Shown here: positions 38,405 to 63,658 of the stretch, piece after piece
Position numbering within the stretch: position 1 is the stretch's first letter
How the letters are laid out: each line of letters starts with the position of its first letter
Origin: Amoebidium appalachense
Taxonomy: Eukaryota > Protista > Ichthyosporea
Reading direction: 5' to 3'
Length of the DNA stretch: 64,000 bases
Assembly (NCBI GenBank): GCA_963693365.1
Contig: CAVNZM010000016.1
Span: 1,805,538 to 1,869,537 of the forward strand
Made by a program: the position numbers and the translations under genes
The notes under the pieces: generated by a model
Database searches by the model: none
Told to the model about the DNA's origin: nothing
What the model saw: only the letters and a program-made list of their open reading frames with translations

Positions 38405-38468
38405 ACACACACACACACAGGTTCTCTCCGTCCAGCGTGCACCCAACTACCCACCCATGGTTGGACTC

Positions 38469-38532
38469 GGCCACCTATGACGTGTGCAGAGAAAAGGCAC
38501 AGCCACTCTGCAGCACTGATACAGCACTGGCC
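38469..38532 (+). promoter_or_regulatory. Eukaryotic SECIS element (type II) in the 3' UTR of the SelW-like gene
   Basis: GGCCA-cct-ATGAC-GTGTGCAGAG-AAAA-GGCacaGCC-a-CTCTGCAGCAC-TGAT-acagcac-TGGCC. It contains helix I, the AUGA/UGAU non-Watson-Crick core, a ~10-11 bp helix II, unpaired AA and an apical mini-stem. Confidence 0.9.
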
Positions 38533-39502
38533 AATCAAACATTCACGTTTCCTGCCTTATTAGGAAAGCCAAGAAATCGTGTGTGTTGATTGGTTACGGT
38601 GTGCGGCTGATCCATCCGAGTGGCGGTGATTGTGTTGAATGCTGGTTAAGGTTTACACCATTTAACCGATAGGGGGCTCCGATGATTTTGAAAAATGTTT
38701 TTAAAAATGTACTCGTGGCATACTTTTTATTTCCCGATTTTAGTAATGTCCAAGTACTATCTTTCAATAAAAGAAAGTAATAAAATGACCCATCAAATAA
38801 ATTGATGGAAGGCGGGGAGATGTGCACCTCCGCACAAGATTGCAGCACATGTATTCATAAAAGTATCAGATGGTACAAGCATACATATGCAGTAAATAGA
38901 CCAAACCATGCCAACCGTTTTACACCCCTTTTCTTTTCAATTAATAAAGGTTGCCACGAAGGGTTGCTGTGCGGCTATGCAATCCGAGTGGACAACATGG
39001 AGTGTCGTGGCCATTGCCTGTGTACATACGCTTTTGCGTTCATGATCTTCTTTTGCTTTGTATGGTATTACCACGGTGTAGAAGAAGGAATAGAATAATC
39101 ACCCGACCGCCGTGTAACTAATATCACGCTGAGGGTATGATACCGAGCAACCATCCCCCCCCCCCCCATCCCCCCCCCCCCCCCCCCCCCCCCCCCGTCC
39201 CAAACAACAACAACAAAAAAAAAAAAAGAAAGAAAAAGAAAGGAAGAAATAAAAGAAAAGAAAAGAAAAGGAAGGGAAGGAAACCTGAAACTGGCCTGTG
39301 TCTCGAGTGCATGCACGTAAATAGTGTAGACCCCATACGAATGCATGATATTGCCGGGATTTTGAAATGTTAAACCGGCCCAGTCACAAAAATGTTTCCA
39401 ACTTCAGTACATTCCAAGTTTTAGTAACTTGCACAAGTCAGGTACCGTAATCAGGAAACTCAACTTGAAGACTCGATATTCCCGTTAAATATTATGCCAT
39501 GA

Positions 39503-39536
<34 letters not shown>

Positions 39537-39786
39537 ACCTTGACCCCCCCGGCCCTCCCCCCTCCCCCCCCTTCCCCCCTACTCCTACTAGTCATGACTT
39601 GAATATCATCGTATGAAAGAAGGGAAAGAAACCTAAGCATTGAAACCCGGTAGCCTGTTCAGTGCACCGGTAGCATGCGCCTGAGCGCGAAATGGCCCCA
39701 AGAGATCATGTTACCCGCACGCCACAACTTCCAGAACTCGAATGTGCTGGTAAACTTTCCTGGTGCACCCCCTCCCCCCCCCCCCC

Positions 39787-39822
<36 letters not shown>

Positions 39823-39860
39823 CAACTACCACCACCACCACCACCACCACTGGGCCACCA

Positions 39861-39932
<72 letters not shown>

Positions 39933-40024
39933 ATCAGCTGTGCAGAGACAGCGAGATCTATTGTTAGATCAATGTAAACGAACCGGTACCTCACAGATGA
40001 TGCCCCCAGAATTGCTAGAATGCT

Positions 40025-40555
40025 TTATGTATATAGCCAATCTAATCTTGTGTCCCTGACCCGCACGAGTTCCACCCCATGTCCCGGCCTCTGCTTCACC
40101 TTCCACTGTTTTCCGCAGACAGATGCCTTGTGATCGACTTTTGACCCGCACATCAGCCGTGCTCCCGCGGAATGCCTCCTCCCGTCAGTGGAAAAATTCA
40201 CACCCAGCCCTGTTTTCTCCAAAATTTCACCTGACGAAAACATTACACTGAATACCTCGTCTGGGAGTTTGTTCTCCCACTCACGTACCCATGTGTTGAA
40301 GTCGCACGGCCCTGCAAGGTCTCCGGCATCGTAAAAGGAAACTTCGAGATAACCTCTATGGCTGCGGCCTCTAGTATTAATAGTAATTGCTGCACGTTCA
40401 CAGAGGCAGATGCTGTCGAGGCATGCTAGACCGCTGGGGAGCTGTACGGTGGGGATAATCTCATATATGAAGGTGTTTGTGCACGTGGTTATCGGGTGGC
40501 ACTGCGTGGTGAGGGTGCGTGTTACTTGCTGCATGCACGTGCGGAAGAGTGCCAT
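40025..40555 (-). CDS. Hypothetical protein (176-aa ORF; 3' end may be spliced)
   Basis: Complex, non-repetitive ORF with a GCACTC-containing start region (MALFRTCMQQVTRTLTTQCHP...YLEVSFYDAGDLAGPCDFNTWVREWENKLPDEVFSVMF). The Arg/Thr-rich, acid-free N-terminus resembles a mitochondrial presequence. No family recognised. Confidence 0.45.
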   Translation of the reverse strand: MALFRTCMQQVTRTLTTQCHPITTCTNTFIYEIIPTVQLPSGLACLDSICLCERAAITINTRGRSHRGYLEVSFYDAGDLAGPCDFNTWVREWENKLPDEVFSVMFSSGEILEKTGLGVNFSTDGRRHSAGARLMCGSKVDHKASVCGKQWKVKQRPGHGVELVRVRDTRLDWLYT

Positions 40556-41524
40556 GATTGAAAGTGCATATGTAAGGAGGGAGAGATCTAGAATACCGTC
40601 ACGGGAACTGTTACGCTTTTGACAAGGGCACTATTATTATTTTATTGGATACTGGGTTTGTATGTGTTATATTGAATAATATACCGTTGGCAAAAAAAAT
40701 TGGTTCTTTACTTTGGAGCTTTTTTCTTCTTCTTTAGTTAACGGTTGAAACCGGCCACGGCCCTTCAAGCTAATAATTTCCAAATTCTCTTTGCCACGTT
40801 CTCAGCAGTTTCCCTTTTTTTTCCTTTTTTTTTTCTCTCTTCCCTCCCCGCTCAGTATTTATAGAGAATTTTGCATCGATGAAAAGCCCTGATATGTTCA
40901 ACTAGCACAGCCCCGGCCCGGCTATAGGTAGCTAACGAAGTTTGTATGCCTTAGTAAGTTCCGCAAAAATGACGGAAAGGCGTGTTCTGAGAGTGCAAAA
41001 TATACTATGTGCACAGCAGAAGTTCGTGTTCGTGTTTGTTGTCCCGCACAGACAGGCGGCTAGTGCACATTTCATGTTCGTGTTCGTGCCTCAACTCCCC
41101 CAACACAGATAATCGGTAAACATTGGTCTATGAGCACTTTTGTATCCACTTCCGGGCCGGAAGAGAATCGAATGAAACGTTGAGTGCAACACTACGGGAA
41201 AAAAATGTAATCCAATTATACTATGGACTGGAAGGCTTTCCACATAGACTTTTTTTTCTGTGGCGGCCATCCTGGTGCTTTATCTATGTCCGTTTTGATT
41301 TCAACTCGGATAGCTCATGACATGGGCCTGTAAATTGAAATCCTCTTACTGCCGGACTTCTCCCCCCCTCCCCCCCCCCCCCCCCCCCCCCTCCCCCCAC
41401 CCCCACCCACCCACCCATCACTCCCCCCTAGGTCCCCCTCCTCCCCCCTCCTCCTCCCCCTCCCCCCCCCCCCCCCCCCCCCCCCTCCTCCTCCCGTGAC
41501 CCTAGCTCAGCTTCCTCACCCCCC

Positions 41525-41555
<31 letters not shown>

Positions 41556-41925
41556 AAAAAAAAGAGAGAGAGAAGGAATTTTTGAAACCCTTTTATGAAC
41601 ACCAGTCTGACTACACACGTACAGTCTGCCCCTCCACACGTATGCATTCACACACACACTTGTATACCCAAGACACCTAATTTATACATTCTACATTCCG
41701 GGAGGTGTCTGAAATACAAAGTAACTGGCACTTTGAAAAAGTGGTCTAAATATCTTATATTTTTGGGGACCGACCACAGCCTCCATATGAGACGTAATGA
41801 TTAGTATGCCATGTGTCATAGACATAAGTCCAACATGCGGAAGGGTGGTTCTGGGCATGTGGCTTTTTGCATACACACCTAATACATGTGTGCATCCTTG
41901 CGCAAGGGTGTGCATGTAAGACACA

Positions 41926-41972
<47 letters not shown>

Positions 41973-42038
41973 GTGTGTGTGTGTGCGCGTCCGTGCGTGC
42001 TTGCGTGCGCATGCGCGTGTGCGTGTGCGTGTGTGTGC

Positions 42039-42094
<56 letters not shown>

Positions 42095-43286
42095 CGTGTG
42101 TGTGTGTGTTAATGTGTGTAGGCGGGGGCGAGAGTGGAGGGTGGGTTCGTGCACAAGTGAGGGGGAAGGGGGGAAGGGGGGGAATGTGTGTGTAACACTT
42201 AGCAAGAACTCCACTAAGCCCAAATCATTTGCGCTAACCAAATACCAGAAATGCCGTGCAAAGACAGACCACCTCCATCTCCCACCCCTTTCCCCCTCGT
42301 CTTCACACTTCCCAGACATTATCATGCAGGCATCTTCCTCCCCCCCTCCCCCCCCCCCCCCCTCACCCCCCCCCCCCCCCCCCCTCCCTTACCCTTCTCA
42401 AGCACCCACACACAAATGTGTACACACACCTGCAGGACCGTGCGCGCGCACACACACACAAAAACAAGCTTACACTCGCACAGTTACACACACAACCACA
42501 TACCCACACACACACACACACACACACCAGACTGAGTCACACCTCATGAACCCCATTCCTTCTGCGTGTCCATAGATATATATCTTCACAAAATGTGTGG
42601 CATGAGTTGCATGGTATTCGATAAGGTAGAGGGCGGGGAGGAAGCGGGGTGAAGAGGGGGTCTTGGAGGGGGCATGAGGTACGTCCCCGCGGGGGGTATG
42701 GGTCCCTGGGGGGGGGGGGGGGGGGGGGGGACTCTGAGAGGTGGATGGTGGGGGGGCGGTGGGGGGGGGGGGGGAGGGGGGGGGGATGGGAGGGGGGGGA
42801 TGAGGGGAAGGGGGATCGGGGGGGGGGGGGGGGTGGGCAGTGTAAGGGTGGGTGGGGGGTGGGGGGGATGGGGGGATGGGGGGAGTGGGGTGGAGAAGAG
42901 GGGGAGGGTGGGGAGGGGGAGAGGGGGAAGGCGACAGGGAAAGTATTGCATACTGTATTCGTGAAACTTTCAGCAAGACAATTTGCTACCGGGTGATAAA
43001 CACAGTCACCCCCCCAATCCCCCCCCCCCCCCCGGCCTCCCCCTTCCCTCTCTCCCCCCTTCTCCCCGGTTTTCTTGATGTTCCAGCCTGAGGTTAGTGA
43101 GGTCTATCACTGAGTAACCCTGCCATAAAAAATTGAAATAAAAAGCGCTATTTATTGCAATTTCAAATTATCTTACTATCAGTTACCCCTTGTAGTGAAA
43201 AAAAGGTGCACAAAGCCACATGTGCAGAATTAGGTGTGTCATGCCACCGCACACGTGCGCACGGAAATACACACACACACGCACAC

Positions 43287-43333
<47 letters not shown>

Positions 43334-43807
43334 TTCGCACACTCACACTCATTCATACACATACACACGCACGCACGGACACGGACACACAGGGACTTTC
43401 CATCTTTCCATCTGGCCTGCGTCAACCACCCACCCGCACAAAACTCTTGGTCGTACGTGTGTAAATGGCGCTTAGTAGATACAATTTGTCACTCATTGAA
43501 TGGACCAGGGGTGAAAGCATATGTGTGCATGGCATTCCTGTGCATGTATTTCAAGTCAATTGTTAGGGCAAAGAATTGGCCTTCACGTTGAAAGAGATTT
43601 CAATGTTACGTGTTCCAAATTTAAATCGGATTGTGATTTGCTCGTCGATATCAAAATAGTTTAGATACTTCTTATATACAGTCGTATTGGAAGTTCCAAC
43701 TTGATTAAACCGTCGAGATGACACACATGATCATCAAATGACTTAACCGACCCCCCCCCCCCCCCAAAAAAAAAAAAATAAAAAAAAATAACTCCCTGTC
43801 TAGAGAT

Positions 43808-43847
<40 letters not shown>

Positions 43848-43952
43848 CACACACCCCACCCCCACCCCCTCGCCGCCTCCCGGCCCCCCGGATTCCAACT
43901 CTGGATGTATCCCCCGGCTTTCCCCAGGGCGACTCCCTTTCTAGCGATCCGA

Positions 43953-43985
<33 letters not shown>

Positions 43986-44614
43986 ACCTCCTACTTCTGG
44001 AACTCCCTGTACGTAGCTATAGCTTCCTCTCTTTATCAGGTTCAATTGCAGAACGCAGGGAGTCGGACCACCATGGGCAAAATCACCGAAAGGGTGGCAG
44101 TGCTGCATAAGTTTCAACAAATTGCCAGCTCACTTTAACAACACCAGCCGGGAGCGACCCCGAACACATACACAAACATAAAGACTTGAAAGGGAAAACC
44201 CCATGCCCAGGACGCTGACCCGAACCGTGGGTGGTGACTCGGATTGGTCTCCCACTTGAACATTGGGCCAGGATGCCCCAAGCGGCGCGCCGTCGACGAC
44301 GTCAGAGGACCGGTGCTGTTCATGACGTCATGTCTTGCGGCCGGATGATAACGGATGATAACAAGTTGGTGGTGCTGCCGCGAAGTTGACGTGGTCTGGC
44401 CGCTGGCGTGATGGCTTCTAGGGGGCGGCCAGACCGGTGAACCGTCGAGTAACTAACTACCTTCGTTTCCAGGAACGCGGGTCACCGTGTTCCACTTTGA
44501 TTGTCGGAACATTGTTCCAGCTTGTAACGCTTCCTATAGGCTTTTAAAAACACCATATATGGTCTAGGATAATTTTTTTGGATTCAAGGGCGCCGCGGGC
44601 GACAGGCACGGTGG

Positions 44615-44932
44615 CAGAGCCTCAACGACTTGACTTGACTTATAGTTATAATTGTTTACTCGGTTCGGTGACTTGACTTGACTTGGAGTCGCGACTTGGA
44701 GAGATACTATATTTAGTAACTCCTCCGGCCCACCAGTGGCCGGCTGGGCCACGGACAGGCATTGCGGCCGCGGCCCCCCTTCCCACCCATCCTCCTATGC
44801 TTTTCCGCCCCAAGCCCCCCTCCCCCCTTCAAGTCACTCCTATGTCAAGCCTCGTGACTTGACTTGACTTTGTTGAAGTCAGGGGCTTGATGACTTCAAG
44901 TCGCGACTTGAAGTCAAGTCGCCACACCCCTG
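44615..44932. mobile_element. ~320-bp MITE-like element with GACTT subterminal arrays
   Basis: Left end CAGAGCCTCAACGACTTGACTT; reverse complement of right end CAGGGGTGTGGCGACTTGACTT. Internal (GACTT)n arrays and the palindrome GACTTCAAGTCGCGACTTGAAGTC. No TSD visible. Confidence 0.55.
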
Positions 44933-45068
44933 CCGGCAGTCCGGCACCCAGTCTTTACTTCTTTTTTCAAGGTTAGTTTGAATTACATAGACGTTTCATG
45001 ATAGACGCCAAATTCCCATGTTACTTGTTATAACACTTTTGCAAAATATTTATTGACCCACAAGCATC

Positions 45069-48253
<3,185 letters not shown>

Positions 48254-49056
48254 AAGGAGTGGTGGGAGCTTGTGATTGAATGAGGATTTTTTACTTGTGT
48301 TTGTGGTTTGTAAAGGGGGCTGGGGTTTTGCAGCGCAGGGATCCATGGTCACGCAGCAAGCTACCATTAAATGGCAGATGGCATTCGTATTTAGTCTCTC
48401 GAACGTTAGGAAGAATTATGCTTTGTGGCATGCCATATGTGTGCACCAACATCAACTATCTGATATTGCCAGATATGTATAATGATTATTTGCGTTATGC
48501 ATAGGTCCCCAGGCAATACATACAAACTAATACACAATCCTTCTAATTTTTATTGTAACCAGATGTACCTCTTACGGACCTAGGCCTGGCATTGTAGTAT
48601 TATGCAATAGTCAAATGTTAAGTGTTTTATTGTTCTGTCGATGAGGATTGGCTTGCTGTCATTTAGTGACTATATGGCGGATGGAGTCTAACCTTTTTGG
48701 TAATACCAGTTTGATTGAATTTGACAACCACAGATCCTGCTATATAATTGGATAACAGCAGCCAATGATGTAACGGAAGAGGGTATGTTGTGCATGCGAG
48801 GGTATGTTACTGAGCCACGTGTGCATGTAAACAAACATTCGAATGAGCTCGAGTGCGAGCACCTACTGTGGAAGTTCACAATACACGGGAATGTTCATGC
48901 ACGCATATGCATGCATGGGTATATTGCTTATAATAATTTGACATGAACAGATTCTGATCGGATTTCGAAAAGACTATGATCAGCACTCGAGCTCACAAGT
49001 GTCAACACAAAAGTATCAAAGCACGGGCATGCTTGTGCACGTGTGTATACCGGTGT

Positions 49057-49162
<106 letters not shown>

Positions 49163-49564
49163 GTGTGTATGTAATGTATGTATATGTGGACAGTGTGTAT
49201 GTGCGGTCGCATAGACGACCATTGGAGCACACACATAGATCAGTTTCAGTTCGTACTGAATCATTTTTTAAATTTTATTGTACCAATCAAAAGGGCATAT
49301 AAGAAATCCGTGCCACGGCCGGTTTCATAGGCACCTGAGGCCTGCATATATGTCATCAGAACAGTCGGCATCAGCATACTTCCTCGTACGTCAAAATAAC
49401 TCCTCAGCTCAATCTACATTTTCTACATTTTCGAATTAATATTCAGCACATGTACACGACATTGGCTCAGGCAAAGGGGGCCAAAAAAAAAAAAAAAAAA
49501 AAAAAAAACTGTCCGTCAAAATAACTCGTCAACTCAATCTACACATTCGTCGACTCAGGAAAGC

Positions 49565-49655
<91 letters not shown>

Positions 49656-50025
49656 ATGTCTGTTTTCAATGATCACACCAAATGTCCAAAAAAAAAACAA
49701 AAAAAAAAAAAAAACCTGAAGATGTGATAGCACAATCGAAAGAGAGAAAAAAAAGCGAAGAAGTATTAAAAAAAACGTACAAAGACTACACGCTACCTGC
49801 CGGCGCAGTTAGGAGTTAGGTTTTTGTGTTGCCTATGCCGAAAGATAGACCTCATTTACTGATCACACTTTCAAATTGTCGATCGAAGGCATCAAAAAAC
49901 AGGCAGAAAAACAACAACAACAAAAAAAAAAAAAAAAAAAACCGCAAACAGAAATAAACAATACATTCCTCAGACTACTACCGCATTCCACGACAGTCTG
50001 TAGGAATTTGTGATTTCGTGTTTGC

Positions 50026-59860
<9,835 letters not shown>

Positions 59861-60245
59861 GTTGATGCCACTTTAAGGTTACTTAGCCTTTTTTTTCTTT
59901 TGAGTGTGGTGTGGTTAGCTGGAACAGTGGTTCCTCCGTCAACAGTTGAAGCAAAAGCGAGGAATGGCATCGGGAGACACCCTGTCTTCGAACAAGAGGC
60001 TCCAAAAAAAAAAATGGTAGGGAGATAATGCAGTAAAAAGTGGGGGATATTGCAAACTGAAAGGGAGTTTCTGGAAAAGCTGGAAGGCTTGGCTGTAGCC
60101 AAACTTAGTATACCTACTCCCTTTGATACTTAGAAAAGAGACCTCTGCAACACTTTTGTTCTCGTTTTGAAAGCCTTCGCCTTTTTTTTTCTTCTTTTTT
60201 TTTATAAAAAATTGTTTTCCGTCAAGGATAGCGTCAAGGAAAGGC

Positions 60246-60610
60246 CAGGGTTCGAAGGACGGTGGAGCCCATTAACGGAAGTCGAAATCCCGTTTCGGAA
60301 AACCTCTTCGAAAATCGGAATGCTCCGTCGGAGCAGGCCCACCAAAAATCGTAATCATCGCGCATCAGTAAACAAGGGCATGCTTATTTGTGCCTATATT
60401 GCATCAAAATGTAATTATAATGCATACTGAAAAACCCCTGTGGTTATTAGAGCCTTCCTGGTGTTAACGTTGGCACTTGAAGCTTTGAAGGAATAAAAGG
60501 GAATTTAAAAATATGAAGTGCATTACATAATGCACAATATGTATATACATTTTGTCTCCGTATTTAAAAATTCTGGGGGAGGGGAGGGGAGGGGAGGGGG
60601 AGGGGGAGGG

Positions 60611-60642
<32 letters not shown>

Positions 60643-60941
60643 GAGGCAGCAACATGGGAAGCTCAGGCAGAAATCGAATGTTGGGGGGGGGGGGGAGAAG
60701 GCCCTGGGGGGGGGGGGGGGGGGGGGGTGGAGAAAATCAGGTCGGGTGGTTGTGTCTGTGTTTGTGTGTGTGAGAGTATTTTTCTTTGCAATTGTGTGTG
60801 TGTGTGTGGTGGGTATGTATGCACGGTGTGTGTGATTGTGTGTATGTGTACAGGTGTGGGTGTGTATTTGTGTCAGCGGTAATCGGTGTGTGTGTGTCTA
60901 TGTTCAGTGTGCATGTGTGCACATGTGCACGTGTGTGTGTG

Positions 60942-60973
<32 letters not shown>

Positions 60974-61177
60974 CATGACATTGTGTGTATGTGTGTGTGT
61001 GTTTTGTGTCAACGCGTACGGTTATGGTGTGTGTGTATGTATGTACAGTGTGTGTATGTATGTGTGTGTGTGTGCAGTGTGGTGTGTATGTATGCAGGGT
61101 GTGTGTACATGTGTACACCTGTGTATGTGTGTGTACATGCCAGTGTGGGTGTGTGTGTTTGTACCAACGGTTTCTTG

Positions 61178-61212
<35 letters not shown>

Positions 61213-61241
61213 GCCGTGTACATGGTGTGTGTGTGCAGTGT

Positions 61242-61280
<39 letters not shown>

Positions 61281-61963
61281 TGTGTGTGTGTGGCCATGGG
61301 TGGGTGGGTGCATACTATTAGCATGTGATCGTACAGGGTGGATGCATGTGCACGTTTGTAATACAGTTATCATGATCTGAGATAGTATGTGCCTGTGCAC
61401 GTGTACTAGCCTAGGTCACATGATTGTGTGGTGTCACGGCTGTGTATGTATGTGGATGTGTGTCTTTGAACGGAACACAGTGGTGCACAGTGTGTGTATC
61501 GCCTGCCATTGAAGACGCGTGCCACTGATCGTGATACACGTGGCACCTGCACCTGGTGGCCGTCGACTCTGAGCATCTAGATCCATTCTGATGTTTAGGC
61601 CTTCCTGGGGGGGAATGTGGGGGGGGGGGGGGGGGGGGGGAGGGTAGCGTGACGGTACTAGTGGGGGGGGGGGGGGGGGGGGATCCGCCTGAGAGGGGGG
61701 GGGGGAGGGGGTGAGGCCGGAGCGGCGGTGGGGGAGAAGGAGGGGCAGCACTGGTGGAGGAAACGGTGGGCAGCGGAGGAGGGGGGAATGGGGTTCGATT
61801 TCTGGGGGGGGAAGTTTTGAAGTGGAGGCCGGCCTATATATACATGCGCAGGCATGCATATGCATATAATATTATGTGCATTGTATGTTCATGTGGCCAT
61901 GGCCATGCATGGCTATGATGCATATGTGGTGTCACGGCTGTGTGTGTGTGAATTTGTGTGCGT

Positions 61964-62000
<37 letters not shown>

Positions 62001-62314
62001 CGTGGGTGTGTGCATAAATGTGTTTGGTGTGACAACATGTACATGTGCTGGCGCTGTAGTCAGGCTAGGGTCTGCCATTGAACATTCTACAGGGACAGGG
62101 AGACACGTACGTTCATGTGCAGCTTGTGTGGGTGGTGTATGCCCCGTGTATGATGAGACCTGCGAAGTCATGAGAAGCTTCCCCCCGGGGGCCGGGGGGG
62201 GGGGGAGGGGGGGGGGGGGGGGCTCTCGGGCGTTCCGATTCGGCCGGGACGATTTTCGGAACTGTGTTTTCAAATATCGGAAATTCCGATTTTTTTTCGT
62301 AACTTCGAACCCTG
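60246..62314. mobile_element. Non-autonomous hAT-type DNA transposon, 2069 bp
   Basis: TIRs CAGGGTTCGAAG / CTTCGAACCCTG. Perfect 8-bp target-site duplication GGAAAGGC at 60238-60245 and 62315-62322. Subterminal TCGGAA/TTCCGA motifs at both ends. No transposase ORF. Confidence 0.92.
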
Positions 62315-62441
62315 GGAAAGGCTTTTGGGGTGCTCCAGACTAATATAGCTTTTTATGGCAAATACGCGCTTCTAGTCCCAAAAAGAGCCTGTGACGTCAC
62401 AGCATGTTTGCGTGGCGCTGTGACGTCATCGCAGTGATTCT

Positions 62442-63013
62442 CAGTGGGCAGCTATATCGTATTCAAATATCCAACCTAAACCCAGATTTCTAGATTTAAT
62501 GTTAGTATTGACGGTTGATTGGATATTAAAATATTGTATTTCGCACCTGCTACCAATCATCGTGTGGTCGGATATGCCATAGATCACCATCGAGCCCCTG
62601 AATCTTAAAAGAAAAGCGCCTCTTTGATAGCACATCTTTTCCAAATAAGGCAGGTGATTTGGGTTTCACTGTCCAAAATCTGGGTTTGGGATAGGAACTT
62701 GAAGGGGGTGGGGGGGACGTCTTCCAAATTCCTAAACCCAAACCCAAATCTTCAGCGACAACAAGATGAAGTAAGAAAACGCCAAGAACTAAGTTGTTAA
62801 GCATATTTCTGGTATAATTTCTCCCTAAAAATATTATCTTTCACGCAACATTAATATTTGTATGTTTTATAATGCTTTATTATAGTACATATTCTTTGTT
62901 TCTTTTTAATACATAGGCGTGGTGCAAAGCGGCGGTCATGCCGCATGCGTGACATTTGGGTTTAAAATCTGGGTTTGGGTTTGGGTATTTGGGTACGGTA
63001 TAGCCGCCCACTT
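62442..63013. mobile_element. ~570-bp MITE with ~50-bp imperfect TIRs and AAACCC/GGGTTT subterminal motifs
   Basis: Left end CAGTGGGCAGCTATATCGTATTCAAATATCCAACCTAAACCCAGATTT; reverse complement of right end AAGTGGGCGGCTATACCGTACCCAAATACCCAAACCCAAACCCAGATTT. Confidence 0.8.
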
Positions 63014-63351
63014 GCACGTGTACAACTAAGCACAACTCGCGGCACTTCTAGATCTGGAAAGAGGAGCCTGGGGAAAACATTATGATTATACGTTGTCACT
63101 GGCAATTTAGAGACAGATAAGTGAAGAAGCGGCTGTGGGGCTGCTGCGTTCTTCTTCCTTCTTCTTTTTGCTAGAATCCTGGTTCTCCTAGTTCGGCAGG
63201 TAAATACATTTGTTGGCAAGTCAAACACAGCAATCTTGATAGGTGCTGATGTTCTTTCGTCAGAGCATCATTAGCAACAATCCTTCCAGTCACCGTTACA
63301 TAAGTAAACGCATACGTTAAGAGTACTCTTAGGCACATTTCACATAGAAAA

Positions 63352-63495
63352 ATGGCCAACATTCGCGCGCGAAAGTCGAGGAGAAACAAGGTGGTTAACA
63401 CGACCGTGAATAAGAAGAGGGGCAACCAGAATAACCATTTTAGGAAGGTGGTAGTGACAAACCCAACGGTCGCCAAAGTCTGGGACAAGAAAAAG
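63352..63495 (+). CDS. NOP16: Exon 1 of nucleolar protein 16 (gene continues beyond the window)
   Basis: AAAATGG start; MANIRARKSRRNKVVNTTVNKKRGNQNNHFRKVVVTNPTVAKVWDKKK followed by a GTGAGA donor. The basic N-terminus plus NPxxAxxWD matches Nop16 (yeast NPIIAANWD). Confidence 0.8.
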
Positions 63496-63627
63496 GTGAG
63501 AGTTTGGTGCCCAAATCATGGTAATATTGACTGTGGAACCGATATGGTTTTTATTCTGCTGTGATGGTTGTGTTGGAGCCCTTACCCCCGGTGGGTGGGA
63601 GGTCTCGATCGGTGTGCGTGTGCGTGT

Positions 63628-63658
<31 letters not shown>

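Noticed and set aside
39991-39993. TGA after QFWGHHL as a second selenocysteine codon
   Set aside because: No redox motif and no SECIS-like structure found on the minus strand downstream.
40873-40883. GCATCGATGAA resembling the 5.8S rRNA motif
   Set aside because: Only 11 nt match and the flanks do not resemble 5.8S rRNA.
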